Source: Squalus acanthias (lineage: Eukaryota). From it: DNA of 64,000 nucleotides. The number at the start of each line of letters is the position of its first letter. Within the stretch, counting starts at the first letter, position 1. Position numbers and translations under genes: made by a program. The stretch covers positions 132,806,001 to 132,870,000 of the forward strand of contig CM059432.1 in the NCBI GenBank assembly GCA_030390025.1. Direction: 5' to 3'. The notes under the pieces are model-generated. The model was not told the DNA's origin and ran no database searches. It saw nothing but the letters and a program-made list of their open reading frames with translations. Positions 13,110 through 26,251 of this stretch are shown here, in pieces.

Positions 13110-14873
13110 CAGCCGCGATTTTGCTGGCGCTCAGAGGGCGGGTTCAGAGGCAGGTCCGCTGCCAAAATCGAAATGATTGACAGCGGGTTGTGAGCCCGCT
13201 CCGAACCCGCCTCCATGTAAGTTTCCAAAGTGTCGGGTCCGCGATTTCAGAACAGACCCAACACCAAGCGGCGGGGGAGGCATTTAAGATAGTTAAATGC
13301 TTGATAAACGCTTGTTAACTACTATTCTGCCAGCCTATTTCTATTTTCACACTTTTTTAACGGGGTTCACGATGTTCAGAGATCACATCAGGTAAGTAGG
13401 TCGGGTTCTCCATGTCTCCCCATTGCTGTGAATAGGTGACAGCTGCAAAAGTGGTATGAAAGCTACCATTTCACAGCTGGTCACTTTCCAATGTCAGAAG
13501 CTTCAGCCTTCAGGACTTGGAAGACACTTTTGAGTTTTATGCAGTTTGGAAGTGTTTGGAGTAAACTCTCTATCCACTGTCACCTCCTTGGAGCAAGCTC
13601 TCTCACCATTGACAGATCGCTTCTGTCATCTCAACTTCAGCTGCCATCTATTCCAGCAACATCGGTGCCCTTGAAAAAATCTCACCTTGGTCCTCTGAAT
13701 CCCTCCACTATCAGCCCCAGTACCAACATCACCAGGCACACCAGCAGCACCAACAACAATACCAAACTTCTCCGCAATCACCTGACAGAGGGCATCAACA
13801 CCCGACCACATTGCTGCCCGGGAGGCCATGGCCAGATTTACTTCACTTTACGCTGTACACTCTGGCTGCCACATGATGTGCCAGGTTGACACCACCCCAC
13901 ACCAGCCCCATAAAGCATCCCTACAATGCCCAAGCCCTTCCTTTCACACTCATCACCATTGTGGGGGGTACCGTTATGTCTCAACATTCACTGGAACTCA
14001 CTAAGACACTTCCAAAGGTGAGTACAGATCTGTCTAATCAGGTAAAGTGTTGAAAATATAGATTTCAATGTTTGACAACACATTAACAGAAACTTCACAT
14101 GAACATTGGCTAAACCACCCAGGTGCCTACCCTTGTGTGTTGTTAGTTCGTATGCTTGCAGTAGGGTGAGGGTGAGTGTGAGGGGTGGCTAGTGAGATGG
14201 GTAAGTGATAATGTAGATAGAGAGGGATGGGTGGAGTTGCAAGGTAAGTTGGTGTGAGTAAAGATGTGCCGGAGTAGGGTAGGGAAGGCAGAATGATGGG
14301 GATGTGATGAGTGGCACAGCAGGATGAGGTTGAGTGTGGCTTGGCAGTAACGTTTCGTGATCTGCTTAGATCATTGAAAGGATTGCGCCACTGCAGCCTG
14401 GTCCTCCTGACGACATCCCTGCTTGTGCCCTCCTGTGCAATGTGCAACCAGGCTGTGTTCATCTCCTGGGAGGTCTCTTCTGCCCATTGGAAGGGAAGAG
14501 AATCTCCCTGTGTGCAGTGATTCCCTCCATAAGCATATGCAGGGAGTCATGGGAGAGCCTGGGTGCAGCCGTGTACCTCTGTGCAGAGGTTGTCAGTGTT
14601 TGCAGCACCTCAATGCTGTAGAACACTGACAGCAGAACTGTCAAGATCAATTTGGACATGGCCCCTTTAAGGAAACTGGCTGATGACGCATCATCAAATG
14701 ACATCATCGGACCTGCATCCTATTAATTGACCGGGAACCTCGCAGAGTGGGCTTAACGAGCCCAATCAATGGAAAATCGCTTGGAGAGTGCGGGCTGCAG
14801 TAGGCAACGGGCTGGGACCGCGACACCGACCCTGGCCACCTTGGACCCGCCTTGGTCGGTGAAATCACGGCCC
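13110..14873. mobile_element. Non-autonomous Harbinger, family B long form (~1.75 kb)
   Basis: gccgcgatttt / aaatcacggcc ends. Myb/SANT exon-1 remnant on the minus strand (AAPRLSHDSLHML...WRNPFNDL) and an internally deleted transposase on plus. Inverted near-copy of 53518-55281. Confidence 0.85.
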
Positions 14874-15429
14874 TCCAGTTTGTCAGCCATCAGCTGTAAT
14901 AGTTCAGGTAAGTGAAGAGGTAAGGAGAAACTTTTATATTTAAATTTAAATCTAAATCTACCTTTAAGTATGATGTCCTCTTACTGTTTTCCTGGAGCTC
15001 ACCCGCCCTAGGTTGGCTACCTTTCCACACAGTCCTTGGCTCTTGTGGCCATTATCTCCTGCTGTGCTCCTTGGCTCCCTACTCGGCTGTGGCCTGCACT
15101 ATATCTGTCACCTTAAACTGCTACCACTGGTATCTAGGCTCCACTTCCCACCGCCCCCCCCAACCCCCGCCCAAACCCCACTTTCCTTCTCAAACTTGCT
15201 ATTGGTTGATGGTGGCTTGGTGTTGCTCTTCATTCAACCTTTGGCCAGTTGTGGACTCTGCTGATTGTATCATCCTGCTGTGGCCATGTTCTACTTCTTC
15301 ACCCCCACCCCCAGAAGTGATAACTTGATCCGTGCTGTCTCTGATGCAGAGAATTTAAAAAGCATTATAAGGGCTCAAATAAAATGTTAATTATCAAAAC
15401 CATGTTCTGTTGCCCACCAATTCGCTACC

Positions 15430-15680
15430 TGCTAGCTCTCTCTCTCCTCTCCCGTACTTCCCTCTCCTCCCCTTCGCCTTCTCATGCCCCTTCTCTCTAC
15501 CCCCTCCCTCCCCTTCTCTATCTCCCCTTCTCCTTTTCCCCCTCTCGCCCTCCCTCCTCCCAGCTCTTCTCACCTCCCCTATCTTCACATTTCTACCCTA
15601 GCCCAATCGCTTTCCCGGTACCCTAGTGCCCACCCACACCTCCCCTCGCCCCTACCTCTAACCCACCACTACCTTCCCAC
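15430..15680. repeat. CT-rich low-complexity tract
   Basis: Direct reading. Confidence 0.8.
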
Positions 15681-15903
15681 ATCCCGGCTATCCCATTCCA
15701 CCTTCTCTAGTGCGTCACCGTCCTCTCTAGACTCTGATCCAATTATTCCCCCCAGCGACATGACTCCAATTGGTCTTAACTTCCCATGTGCAGTGGGAGA
15801 CCCACTACTATGCTTAAAAAAATATATAATTTAACCTCAGGATTCTGATGACCTCCATAAATGAAAATGATTCATACTTCTGTTGATGTTCTCTTCTGAA
15901 TTC

Positions 15904-16060
15904 CTCCAGTCCCACACCAACATGGTTGGTTCTTAACTATCCTCTGAAGTGGCCTAGCAAGCCACTCAGTTGTACGCCAGCTTCTCAGGGCAAATAGGGA
16001 TGGGCTATAAATGCCAGCCTTGCCAGCAATGCCCACATCCCGTGAATTAATTTTTTACAA
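15904..16060 (+). mobile_element. SINE 3' fragment sharing its tail with the LINE at 32688-34512
   Basis: gggatgggctataaatgccagccttgccagcaatgcccacatccc matches the reverse complement of 32705-32750. Confidence 0.65.
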
Positions 16061-16479
16061 AATTGAAGGACAATCTTTACTCCTGCGGTCTGTCCGTTAT
16101 TCTATATATACACAAATAATTCTCTAACATCTTGGGAAATGGTAGCGACCAGGGAGCATAAGTTTAATATGTTGAGATAAGTCATTTCTTCTTTGGGTGT
16201 AGTGTTCTTACATAAATCAACTATTTGGTTAATTGTATCTATTGCAGAGGGGGAAACAAAATTCAAGTATTGATATTCCATCATTACTCCAAGATTCTCA
16301 TGTAATTCAACCACTGTGAGATCATCATTGAGCAGCAAAATGGTCTTCAACAATCTGCTTATAGGAGCTAATGGTTGCAATGAGGGAATTGGAATTCCTT
16401 CACTTTGCAACTTGTTTTGTGCTAATAATCTGTGTTAAGAAGTTAAAGGGAGCAAGGGAACCTAAAAATAAGTCAACGG

Positions 16480-17262
16480 GAGGAGCTTATTGGATTTAAA
16501 AAAGTAAATAAATGGTAATGGAGAAAAAAATGAGACTTAAGATAGACAAATTTCCAGGACTTGATGGTTTCTACCCTAGGATATTACAAGGAACATGGTG
16601 GGGAAATTGTAGGTGCCTTAGTCATAATTTTCCAAAGCTCTCCAGATTCAGGAATTGCGCCTTTGGATTGGAAAATTGCAAATGTCATTCCTTTATTTAA
16701 GACTTGAGGGAGTTATGCTTCAGTTGTATTGAGCCTTGGTCAGACCCCATCTGGGATACTGCATTCAGTTTTGGGCACCCACCTCAGGAAGGAAATATTG
16801 GCCTTGGATGGAGTGGGTGCAGGGCAGATTCACCAGAATGATACCGGGGCTTAAAAAGTTAAATTATGAGGAGAGGTTGCATCAACCTATATTCCCTTGA
16901 GTTTAGGAGATTGAGGGGTGATCTGATTGAGGTGTTTCAAATGAAAAGAAGGATTTGATGGAGTAGATACAGAGAAGCTATTTCCCCTGGTGGGGACTCC
17001 AGAACAAAAGCGCACAAGCTTAAAATTAGAGCCAGGTCATTTTGGAGTGAAATCAGGAAGCACCAGCGGCAGTGGAAATGTGGAATTCTCATTCTCTCCC
17101 CCACAAGGCTGTGGATGCTGGGTCAATTGAAATTTTCAAGAGTGAGATTGACAGATGGATCAAAGGCGGGTAAATGGAGTTGAGGTACAGATCAGCCATG
17201 ATCTGATTGAATGGCGGAGCAGGCTGAAGGGGCTGAGTGGCCTACTCCTGTTTCTTTGTTCC
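16480..17262 (+). mobile_element. Degraded, internally deleted CR1
   Basis: DKFPGLDGFYPRIL and WKIANVIPLFK motifs, then the C-terminal region and 3' UTR. Confidence 0.85.
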
Positions 17263-18839
17263 TATATTTGAGGAGTATTTACTATATTAATTATTATAGA
17301 GATCATCCTGAATATTTTTTTTTAAATCATTGGGACAACACAGAGTGGCTTTTACACAAGAATGATGAACACTCAATCATGATTTACCCACAATTCGTAG
17401 CAGCAAAACGTAGTGGTAACCCAGATGCCACAGTAAGTGATCACAATGTCTGACCAGAAGAATAAGAAACATTCATCGTAATTAAGTGAAGAGACGAGGA
17501 AATGAAAGGAAGTAATTTTGTATCAAGCTTTAGATTTCTTTTCATAACCATTTTATGTCTAAAGAAAATGTACGTGTCAAGTTGAATAACCGTTTCAGTC
17601 ATGTCCTATTCATTGACCCTTATGACTGAAATTATTACTAATTTTCATGTACAACGCTCAATGTCATCCTGTAAAGTATCCTCCCATTATATCAATTGGA
17701 GCTTTAATATATATCAACAAATGCAGACACACGACTAATGATTAATAAAAATGTGATTGTCTGCAAACAGAGATGTCATCACTAGGTGTTAATAATCTCT
17801 TAAGATATGAAACTAAAGTTTATTTGCTTTTTGAAATATCATTATTGGTAAGTAGGAAAACAAATTGAAGACATTCTCTGACTTACTGATTGCAATCCTT
17901 GAACTCAATCTCCCAGCTAAATGCCTGGTGCACATTCTCTGATATGATTGCCAAGGAATCTATTCAGAAAGATGAGAAATGTCATTATATTACAAGTTAT
18001 TAGCCATGATAAAGGAGTCATTTTTTTATAACATGAACTAAGAAAACGGTATTGTTATGTTATGTTTTGCATTGTAAAATGTTTGCTTAAGGTACAAAAT
18101 CTAGCCTGTAATCAGCTGTTTTTTTGAACATTTATGTAATTCCAATATAAGATAGCATATCATGAATAAACATCCAACAATTTAAATCACATTAAGACAT
18201 CAGCAGGATGTTATATTTAATGAAGGAGTAAATCCCTTCTTCAAATGATATCTAAATGAAGACCTTCTTCACCCTTCATACTCCAGTAGCTCACCAGACA
18301 CAATCAGAAACAGATGAGTGCTGTTTTAACAGCCACTTTCAATTAAGGCACATTAAACATCTGTCAGTTAATATGCCAAACCCATTAGTATAAACACTGG
18401 TATCCTACACTAGCAGGCAACACCCCGCTACCATTAAATAAGCCTTTGATTACAATCCTCATTAATGAAAACAGAAGACCTTTTATTGCACTGCTAAGAA
18501 AAAAGATTGAAAAAAAACCGCTGAGGAAATCTTCGAGATAATTACAAACAAGTTCAAGATACGACAAGAAAGCCAACACAACTTTATAACGGCCTCTCGA
18601 CATTATTTTTTTTCATTTTTCTTCACTTTCTTCTTGCTGGTTACCGTATCTCCCCATATAGACAGGAGGCAAGATAGCCTTCTCTAACATCAATGTCAGT
18701 CCTTCACCAGGTGGCAGGAGGTGCATTTTAAGAAGAGCTCAAACGTTTTTTTGCCTCTTCCCAAGCTGGAGTGCTTCACTATCATAGAGTGCGCCACGTT
18801 GTGACGAGGCTGAGAATTGATGACCCATACCCAAATGAG

Positions 18840-19980
18840 AGGGTGGAGCAAAAAAATTGCATAACTGTGGCAGATGGAGTTCAAGGTGGGGAAGCGTGAG
18901 GTCATCCACTCTGGATCCAAGAAAAACAAATTGGAATATTTCCTTACTGGTGAGAGACTAGGACCTGTGGAGGAGCAAAGGGATTTAGGTGTCCATGTAA
19001 ACAAATCACGAAAGGCTAGTGCACAGATACAAAAAGTAATCAAAAAGGCTAATTGAACGTTGGCTTTTATCTCAAAGGGGTTGGACTACAACAGCGAGGA
19101 AGTGCTCTCCCAGTTGTACCGGTGCTAAAAGGGTTATTTTATTTCTTCATACCAGGCAGCATCCTGGTGAATATGGGCTGTACCCTCTCTATTGCCTCAA
19201 CATCCTTCCTATATTGTGGAGCCCAAAACTGCACACATTGGCCCGTATTTTCCGATGCCTACGGGTGTGTACGCGCTGAAAACCGCAAGTGCCGGTTTCA
19301 GGCAAGCCAAGCGCATGCGCTGAAAACCGTCATTTCCGATCTGTCAAGAATGCTCTTGACAGATCGGACGCCTGCCCTGGAGAAGGGCCTCTGCGGGGGG
19401 AGAGTTCCGCTTTCTGCAGAACCTCCGCCCGCTGAAATCACTTAAAAATCTTACGCCTGGTAAAAGTAGGTGTAAGGCCTGCTTTTACCAGCATAAGAGT
19501 TTTAAAAAAGCTAAAAAAAAAAACCTGTAAAAAACTTTAATTATTTTTTTCAAAAAATTAAATTTTTGTTTAAAATATTTAATTTAATGTAATTTTAACT
19601 CATTTTAAAAATGTGATGGTTTTTTAAAAATGTATTTAATGTTTTGATGTCTTTTTTCAGTGATCCCCATTTATACTTTTGACAGGTCTATCTGTCAAGA
19701 GTATGAAGGGGGATTCCCTTCTCCCATTGGTTTACTTGGCCAACGTGATCCCAGGGACGCTTGTGAACCGCCTGAGCCCCTGGGATACGTGGGCCCTGCA
19801 CATTTCGACTGTGGAGAGGCCCAGCATCGGAAGTGTCCGGACCTCGGGAGCCCTCAGGTTAGGGCGTAGATTTTTTCCTGTTAGGAGGCATCCGCACACA
19901 GGAAGCCTCCTATCGGAAATTACGGGCCAATACCCCAACTGTGGTCTTACTAAGGTTTTATATAGATTCAACATTACATT
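18840..19980. mobile_element. CR1 fragments (+18840-19125; -19140-19980, split by a MITE)
   Basis: WQMEF...VEEQRDLGVHV on plus. MLNLYKTLVRPQLGY/CVQFWAPQYRKD on minus. Confidence 0.8.
19240..19928. mobile_element. Harbinger-type MITE, family D
   Basis: TIRs ggcccgtattttccgat / atcggaaattacgggcc, flanks ATT/AAT. Removing it restores CR1 sequence. Related to 52383-52906. Confidence 0.85.
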
Positions 19981-21022
19981 TCAACATTTTTTCCATTGTC
20001 AAAGATTACCTACATTCAATATTAATGAATAGCTATTTGTTCTAATGCAATTGAAAGGTGTAGCTGATTGCTGCTTTTGTTTTTAGGTGGTCCCAAGTCA
20101 CCTGGACACAGATCTAAGGATAGGCCCCAACCTGAGGTGATGACTTTGAGTGGCAGATATCTCTGAGACCTTTTGAGAAGGGGGTAGATTCATTCTGTCA
20201 CAGACAGCTTGAGGTTAGAGTTTTCATATTATAGAATTAGATTGGGACCCAGTCTTCGGTTTCAGTCAGTTAGTCAGCATGTGAGTCTCATCGGCATTAG
20301 GTACAAAGCTGCATGTTTTTCAATCAGCGTCAGACTAGCAAGGAAGCAGGGCTCGATTGAGGCTATGGCAAGGAAACGTCTGTTTAAAATCCATGTTTAG
20401 AGAGAAAGCGAGTGATGCCTTTATTATTTTTATGTATCAAGGAGGATATAGCAATATATATTTCACTCTATTGTACTTTTTACTGGTCATGTACCTGACT
20501 TGTGCAAACTAAACTACTTATTGGTCCAAAGCCTGCATCTCGATTTGGTAAGAGTATATATCCAGTTGATCTTTCAAAGAGGGAAATAGCACGTGGCAAC
20601 GTGTGATACTTTCCAATAGCCAATGTAAAGAGTAAAGATTCTCTGTTACGATCCCTGAGTCTTGCTATTCTATACCTAGATATTTCACAGGAACAGGTGC
20701 GCTCTGAATTGTGGGAGACATGGGGTTCACTTATGGGAGTGACAGGTGATGCTGAACCTAAAAATAAATCTAGTGTGTACAACCCCCTAAACATGAAAGA
20801 ATAACAACTGATAGTGGAATCCTCAACCTTCTGGTTGGGCATCAGGCACTTGTCCTTGCTATCTATTGATGCTTCTTCTATTAGTCTTTATCTTTGAAGA
20901 TGATTAAAACCCTCAGCAGGATGGCAATGAACTAGTTAAGGTGTTTACAGTCAGGTTTGAATTCCTGTGGGGAAAAAATATGTAGGGAAATGGAAGAAAA
21001 CGAGGGAGAGCCCAGTCACTTC

Positions 21023-21888
21023 GGCCGCGATTTTGTCGGCGCTCAGAGAGGCGGGTCAGAGGTTAAAGTGCAATTGATTGACGGCGAGTCCCGAACCTGC
21101 TGTCAACCCGCCTCCAAACAGCTTTCCCAAGTGTCGGGTCCCCGATTTGCGAATGGACCCGACACCTAGCGGCGGGAAGCGGATTAAAGGCAATTACCTG
21201 CCTATTAACAGGTACTTGCCCGTATTTGTCAGACTATTTTTGGATTTTCCCGCTTCTGGGTCGGCTTTCCTGATGTCCGGACACCACGCCAGGTAAGCGT
21301 GGCGTGTTGTGAGTTTGCTGTAATGTTTGTGGAATGAGGACAGCTGCAGAAGTGGTGTGAAGGATCTAATGTTGCACATGGTGAGTTTCAGAGCAAAGAA
21401 AATGTTGGTTACTGCATTTTTAAAACATTTACAGATTTCTTTAGCTTACAAGTTTTTAAATCCATGTCCAGTGCCACCTCATTGGGAAAACCTCTCTCAC
21501 CAGTGACAGATCACTTATGTCACCTCACCTGCAGCTGCCATCTATTCCAGCCTATGGAGGGAGTCATTGGAGAGCCTGGGTGCAAGAGCTCATCTTTGTG
21601 CAGTGGTTGTCAGTGTTTTCAGCACCTCAATGCTGCCAAACACTGAGAAATGAGCTGTCAAAATAAAATTGTGCGTGGTCCCTTTAAGGAAACCGGCAGA
21701 TGACGCATCATCAAATGACGTCATCAGACCCGCTTCCTCTTAATTGGCTGGCAAGCCCGCAGGGCGGGCTTAACAAGGTCAATCAAGGGAAAATCACATC
21801 TGTGGGCCGGATGCAGCTGGGGGCGGGACTGGAAACCGGAAACCAGCTGTCCCGCACCCAACCCGACACTGATGACAAAATCGCAGCC
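21023..21888. mobile_element. Non-autonomous Harbinger, family B short form
   Basis: ggccgcgattttgtc / gacaaaatcgcagcc TIRs. Inverted near-copy of 4268-5107. Confidence 0.85.
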
Positions 21889-22004
21889 ATCAACTCATCA
21901 ATCCTCTGTGTCCTGATTTTTGTGATCTCTCAGTTAGTGTCCCTACCTCAAGGAGAACAGTATTTTATCATCATACCTATTGAATAAATGTTGCAATGAG
22001 GCTG

Positions 22005-22615
22005 CAAACAGTCTGATGCAGCCTGAGAGAATGGCCAGCGAGAAAGATGGAGTCAGTGGCAAAGGTATGGAATCTGTGGCAAGGGACTAAGATGATGGAG
22101 TTTCACTCTTCCCAATGTTTGTCTGGAGGAAACTGCAGTTCATCCAAGAGTAGCTATTGGACAAGTAATCTGACAGCACAGAGGCACGGAAGGGTCAAGA
22201 AGGGTGATGGAGAGGTAGAGCTGCGTGTCATCAGTGTATATGTGGAAATTCACATTGCAGGTGCTGTTGGCAAGAGGTCGCATGAAGAGGAGGTGTTAAG
22301 GATAGATCCTTAGGGGATTCCAAGGTGATGGCGCAGGGTAGGAAGAAAAGCCATTGTGAGAGATGTTCTCACTATGCTAGGACAGGTAAGACGCTTAACC
22401 AAGCTGGGACAATCCCATCAAGCTGTACATGGAGGAGAGGCATTGTAGGAGGATGGTGTGATTGACTCTGTCAAGGGCTGCAGAGAAGACAAGGAGGGAT
22501 AATGCACCATGATCACAGTCAGAGAATGTTATTTCTGACTTTGATCAGGGCCATTTTGGTACTGTGGAAGGAGTGGAAACCTGATTGGAAAGATTTAAAC
22601 AGGGAGGTGGGCATG
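22005..22615 (-). mobile_element. Degraded L2-type LINE internal fragment
   Basis: gtagagctgcgtgtcatcagtgtata is the reverse complement of a degenerate YADDTQLY (YTDDTQLY), and gatagatccttaggggattcc of a PQGS-like motif. Confidence 0.6.
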
Positions 22616-22861
22616 AATTTGAATTTGAATTGGACAATTTTGCACACACCAAATTTTCTGAAGTATGAACTATTTTGCATTATTACTGTTGAGGTCGAGG
22701 ATTGATGAATCTTAGAAATTTTTAGAAATTGGGTAGTTTTACAGAGTAGGACTGTGTGGAGTTTGGATCTTACATATGGTCAAATGTGTAATCTGGGTAA
22801 AAGTTATTCATTTAGCAGATGTTGACAACAGATTATAGTGAATATAATGAAATTCCAAAAA

Positions 22862-23310
22862 ATAAGACTTACATTGCTATAGCGCCTTTCATGACCTCAG
22901 GACGTCCCAAAGTGCTTTACAGCTAATGAAATATTTTTGAAGTGTAGCCACTGTTGTAATGTAGGAAATGCGGCAGCCAATTTGTGCACAGCAAGATCCC
23001 ACAAGCCACATGACCATCTGCTTTAGTGATGTTGGTTGAGGGATGAATATTGGTCAGGACACCGGGAGTATACAAGACAATCGTTAGGCCACAGTTGGAG
23101 TGCTATGTGCAGTTATAGAAAGAAAATTAAAGCCATATAAAGTATGCAGCAGAGATTCACCAGGATGAGAAACTATAGTTATGGGGAGAGGCGTGAGATA
23201 CTGAGGCAATTTACACTGGAATGGAGAAGGGTAAGTGGAGATTTGATAGAGGTATTTTAAAATTATGAAGGCTTTTAGTAAAGTGAATAAGGAAAGAGAA
23301 TTTCCTTGTT
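22862..23310. mobile_element. Deu-SINE (-, 22862-23068) followed by a degraded CR1 (+, 23070-23310)
   Basis: Deu core in reverse complement, then gttaggccacagttggagtgc (VRPQLE). Confidence 0.7.
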
Positions 23311-23898
23311 TGGGTTTGGGATTAGTTTCTACTCATCTAAGGATTCATTTAACATAGTTTCTTTTCATGTGCGCATTACACAAAATACCTTTTAATGGAC
23401 CATCTAGACATTCTGGAATGTTAGTTGCAGGGGTGCGTAGTGGTTGGAGAGTTTTCTTCCAGTGAGAACTGAAAAAATCTAAGATGATGAAATTCCAATA
23501 TTGGGGTAGAATTTCCAGTGGGAGTGTAATCGGGAAGTTATACCCAGAAATTTGTCCATTTGTGTGTCCATTTTGTCGATGTCTATTTACACCCAAATTT
23601 CCTGCCAATCTCATTAACATACGCTGGAACTTGAAAAATAGGCATAAAAAATCGGAGTCCGCAGAAAGTGCCAAATTCACACCATGTATTCCTTCTTTAG
23701 GTACAAAAATTAGAGTTTTAAGCCATCTAACTATCATTTATGTGCATTATTCACATGCATGTTTAAGACCATGCAATCGTGGAAGCTTTTAGTTTTTAAC
23801 GTGACTTATACTGACGCCATAATTACACATTCAAAGAAACAGAAAATACAGTGCAGATCTCAGTGAGGATAAATAAAGTAAAACATTCAAAGAATAAT

Positions 23899-25011
23899 GG
23901 GCCGGAATTTGTTGACAAAATAATGGTGGCGAACGACGCATACTGTTATTAATGTGTAAATCGGCCAGCAAGAAAAGAACAAGAATGCCAGTTATTTAAT
24001 GACCTAGAATTTGCTGGGAAAATAACAGCGAGTTAAATGCGCACGCCATTATTAGTGTGTAACAAACCCAGCAACTTCCTGTGGGGAAGAAGAGATACCC
24101 CGTGAATTGCGAACCACCACAGGTTTCTGGCCGATTTGCGCCGTTCCGTCATTAACTTTGTGAAAACAACATATAGCACTTAACCTCCCTGTGAGTTTCA
24201 TGAAGTTGCTGCATTTGCACATTAATTGCCTATTAAACGCGCCACAGAAAGTTAAATCTAGTGATCAATAGCGTAAGTACACTTTTAACGACATGATAAT
24301 TGTTAATGACTGCCAATCAACCTCTCTAGCCCAGAAAGTGAACAATTAAAAGTGTGGAGTCTCACTCCTTCAGGTTGTGAATTGTTATTGTTCTTTCCCT
24401 CTCTTTATTTCTCTTTCTGTACCTGATTTGACATTGAATTCACCCACTCTAATTTACACTTCCTTCTCAGTCCTTCCTCTTTATTTCTCAACTCTAAAAT
24501 TTCATTGGTTAAGGAGACACACTGTTGGTCCTGTCGGTCACCAAGGTCTCAGATGCCCTATTTCCCTCGCTGCGCCGTTATCAGTTTGCACTCCCAGCAA
24601 CTTTGTGGGCAATTTTTTTTGAGCTGCAGGGTACAGGAACTAGTCTAACTCACAAGGCATGCAGTGAGATGCCCCACTCCAGCAAATTCTGAGCCAACAA
24701 ATCACTAGAGAAATGCTGTTGTTTCCTGCTGCGCCTAAAATTCTGGGCTTAATTTTACACCCATTTTGAACCAGCGTGAATGCAGGAAAATTGCGTGTGC
24801 GGCTCTTTAGCCTGGGGGTGGAGCCAATACAATGAGCCATGATGTGTCTGGGGACAGGGATTGACACACAGGCATAAAAAGAGCGAGCAAATTAGGGCAT
24901 AGTGTAATTACGTGCATAGCACGCTTGTGCCTGAGTTTCCCCAATCTTTTACGCCAGGTATTTACTTTAGACCTGTGGCTCTGGGTGAGAATACACAGGA
25001 AATTCCAGCCC
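23899..25011. mobile_element. Cluster of older Harbinger-type MITEs
   Basis: TIR-like ends gggccggaatttg (23899), aaaattctgggc (24748), gggcttaatttt (24745) and aaattccagccc (25011). Internal boundaries are uncertain. Confidence 0.5.
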
Positions 25012-25140
25012 ATCAGTTTTACCGAATGATGTTATCTGCACTTCTGATAGCTAATGTGATTGAAAAATGACAAGGTAACTGCATACGATGCTTTGAATGT
25101 TTCTAATGGTCCAGACACATCGTGCCGTTTTCAAGTCACC

Positions 25141-25568
25141 TGGTGGCATAGTGGTTAGCACTGGTGCCTCACAGCGCCAGAGACCCGGGTTCGAATCTGA
25201 CCTCGGGTGACTGTCTGTGTGGAGTTTGCACATTCTCCCCGTGTCTGCGTGGGTTTCCTCCGGGTGCTCCGGTTTCCTCCCACAGTCCAAAAATGTGTGG
25301 GTTAGGTTGATTTGGCTATGATAAATTGACCCTTAGTGTTAGGGGGGATTAAATATGTGGGGTTATGGGGATAGGATGGGATATGTTAGGGGGAATTAAA
25401 TACGTGGGGTTACGGGGGTAGGGTGGGATATGTGTACTGTGGGAATTAAAGCAGGGACAGGGTACTGGATTTCGATGATCAGCCATGATCATATTGAATG
25501 GCGGAGCAGGCTCGACGGGCCGAATGGCCTACTCCTGCTCCTAGATTCTATGTTTCTATGTTTCTATG
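25141..25568 (+). mobile_element. V-SINE (HE1-like): tRNA head, V domain, CR1-derived tail
   Basis: A box tggcatagtgg, B box ggttcgaatc, V core gtggagtttgcacattctccccgtgtctgcgtgggtttcctccggg, then a CR1-type 3' UTR with (TTTCTATG)n. Confidence 0.9.
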
Positions 25569-26137
25569 TATGGGAAGCAGCATTTGGCGCTTGGGATTTA
25601 GCTCAGTTAATTGCTTCATAATTGAATTTATTTGATGAAGTAACAGGGAGGATTGATGAAGAGAATGCAATGGATGTTGTCTACATGGATTTTAGGAAGG
25701 CGTTTGACAAAGTACCACATAGAAGGCTGATTAACAAAATTGAGGCTGATGAAATAGGTGGATCAGTAGGTGGCAGCTTGGATAAGGAATTGGCTTAAGG
25801 ACAGAAAACAGCGAGTTGTGGTAAATGGCTGTTTTTCAGACTGGAGGATGGTAGACCGTGGTGTTCCCCAAGGATCAGTGCTGGGGCCACTGCATTTTTT
25901 TTTGATATATATATAAATGACCTGGATATTGGAATACAGAGTAAAATTTCTAACTTTGCCGATGACACCAAACTTGGGGGTGTGGCAAACAGTGATGAGG
26001 ATACCAATCGACTGCAACAGGACATAGAAAGGATAGCAGAATGGGCAGACAAGTGGCAGATGGAATTTAATACGGAGAAGTGTGAGGTGATGCATTTTGG
26101 CAGAAGGAACAGAGAGAAGCAACATACACTTAATGGC

Positions 26138-26251
26138 TCAGGTCGATGACCCTTCGTTTCTCTCTCCACAGATGCTGCCTGACCTGCTGAGTATTTCCAG
26201 CATTTTCTGTTTTTATTTCAGATTTCCAGCATCCGCAGTATTTTGCTTTTG
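26138..26251 (+). mobile_element. Penelope-like terminal fragment with 13-bp TSD
   Basis: TACACTTAATGGC at 26125-37 and 26252-64. Body is tctctctccacagatgctgcctgacctgctgagtatttccagc. Family assignment is from recall. Confidence 0.7.

Noticed and set aside
25141..25215. tRNA gene
   Set aside because: The A/B boxes run straight into a V-domain, so this is a SINE head.
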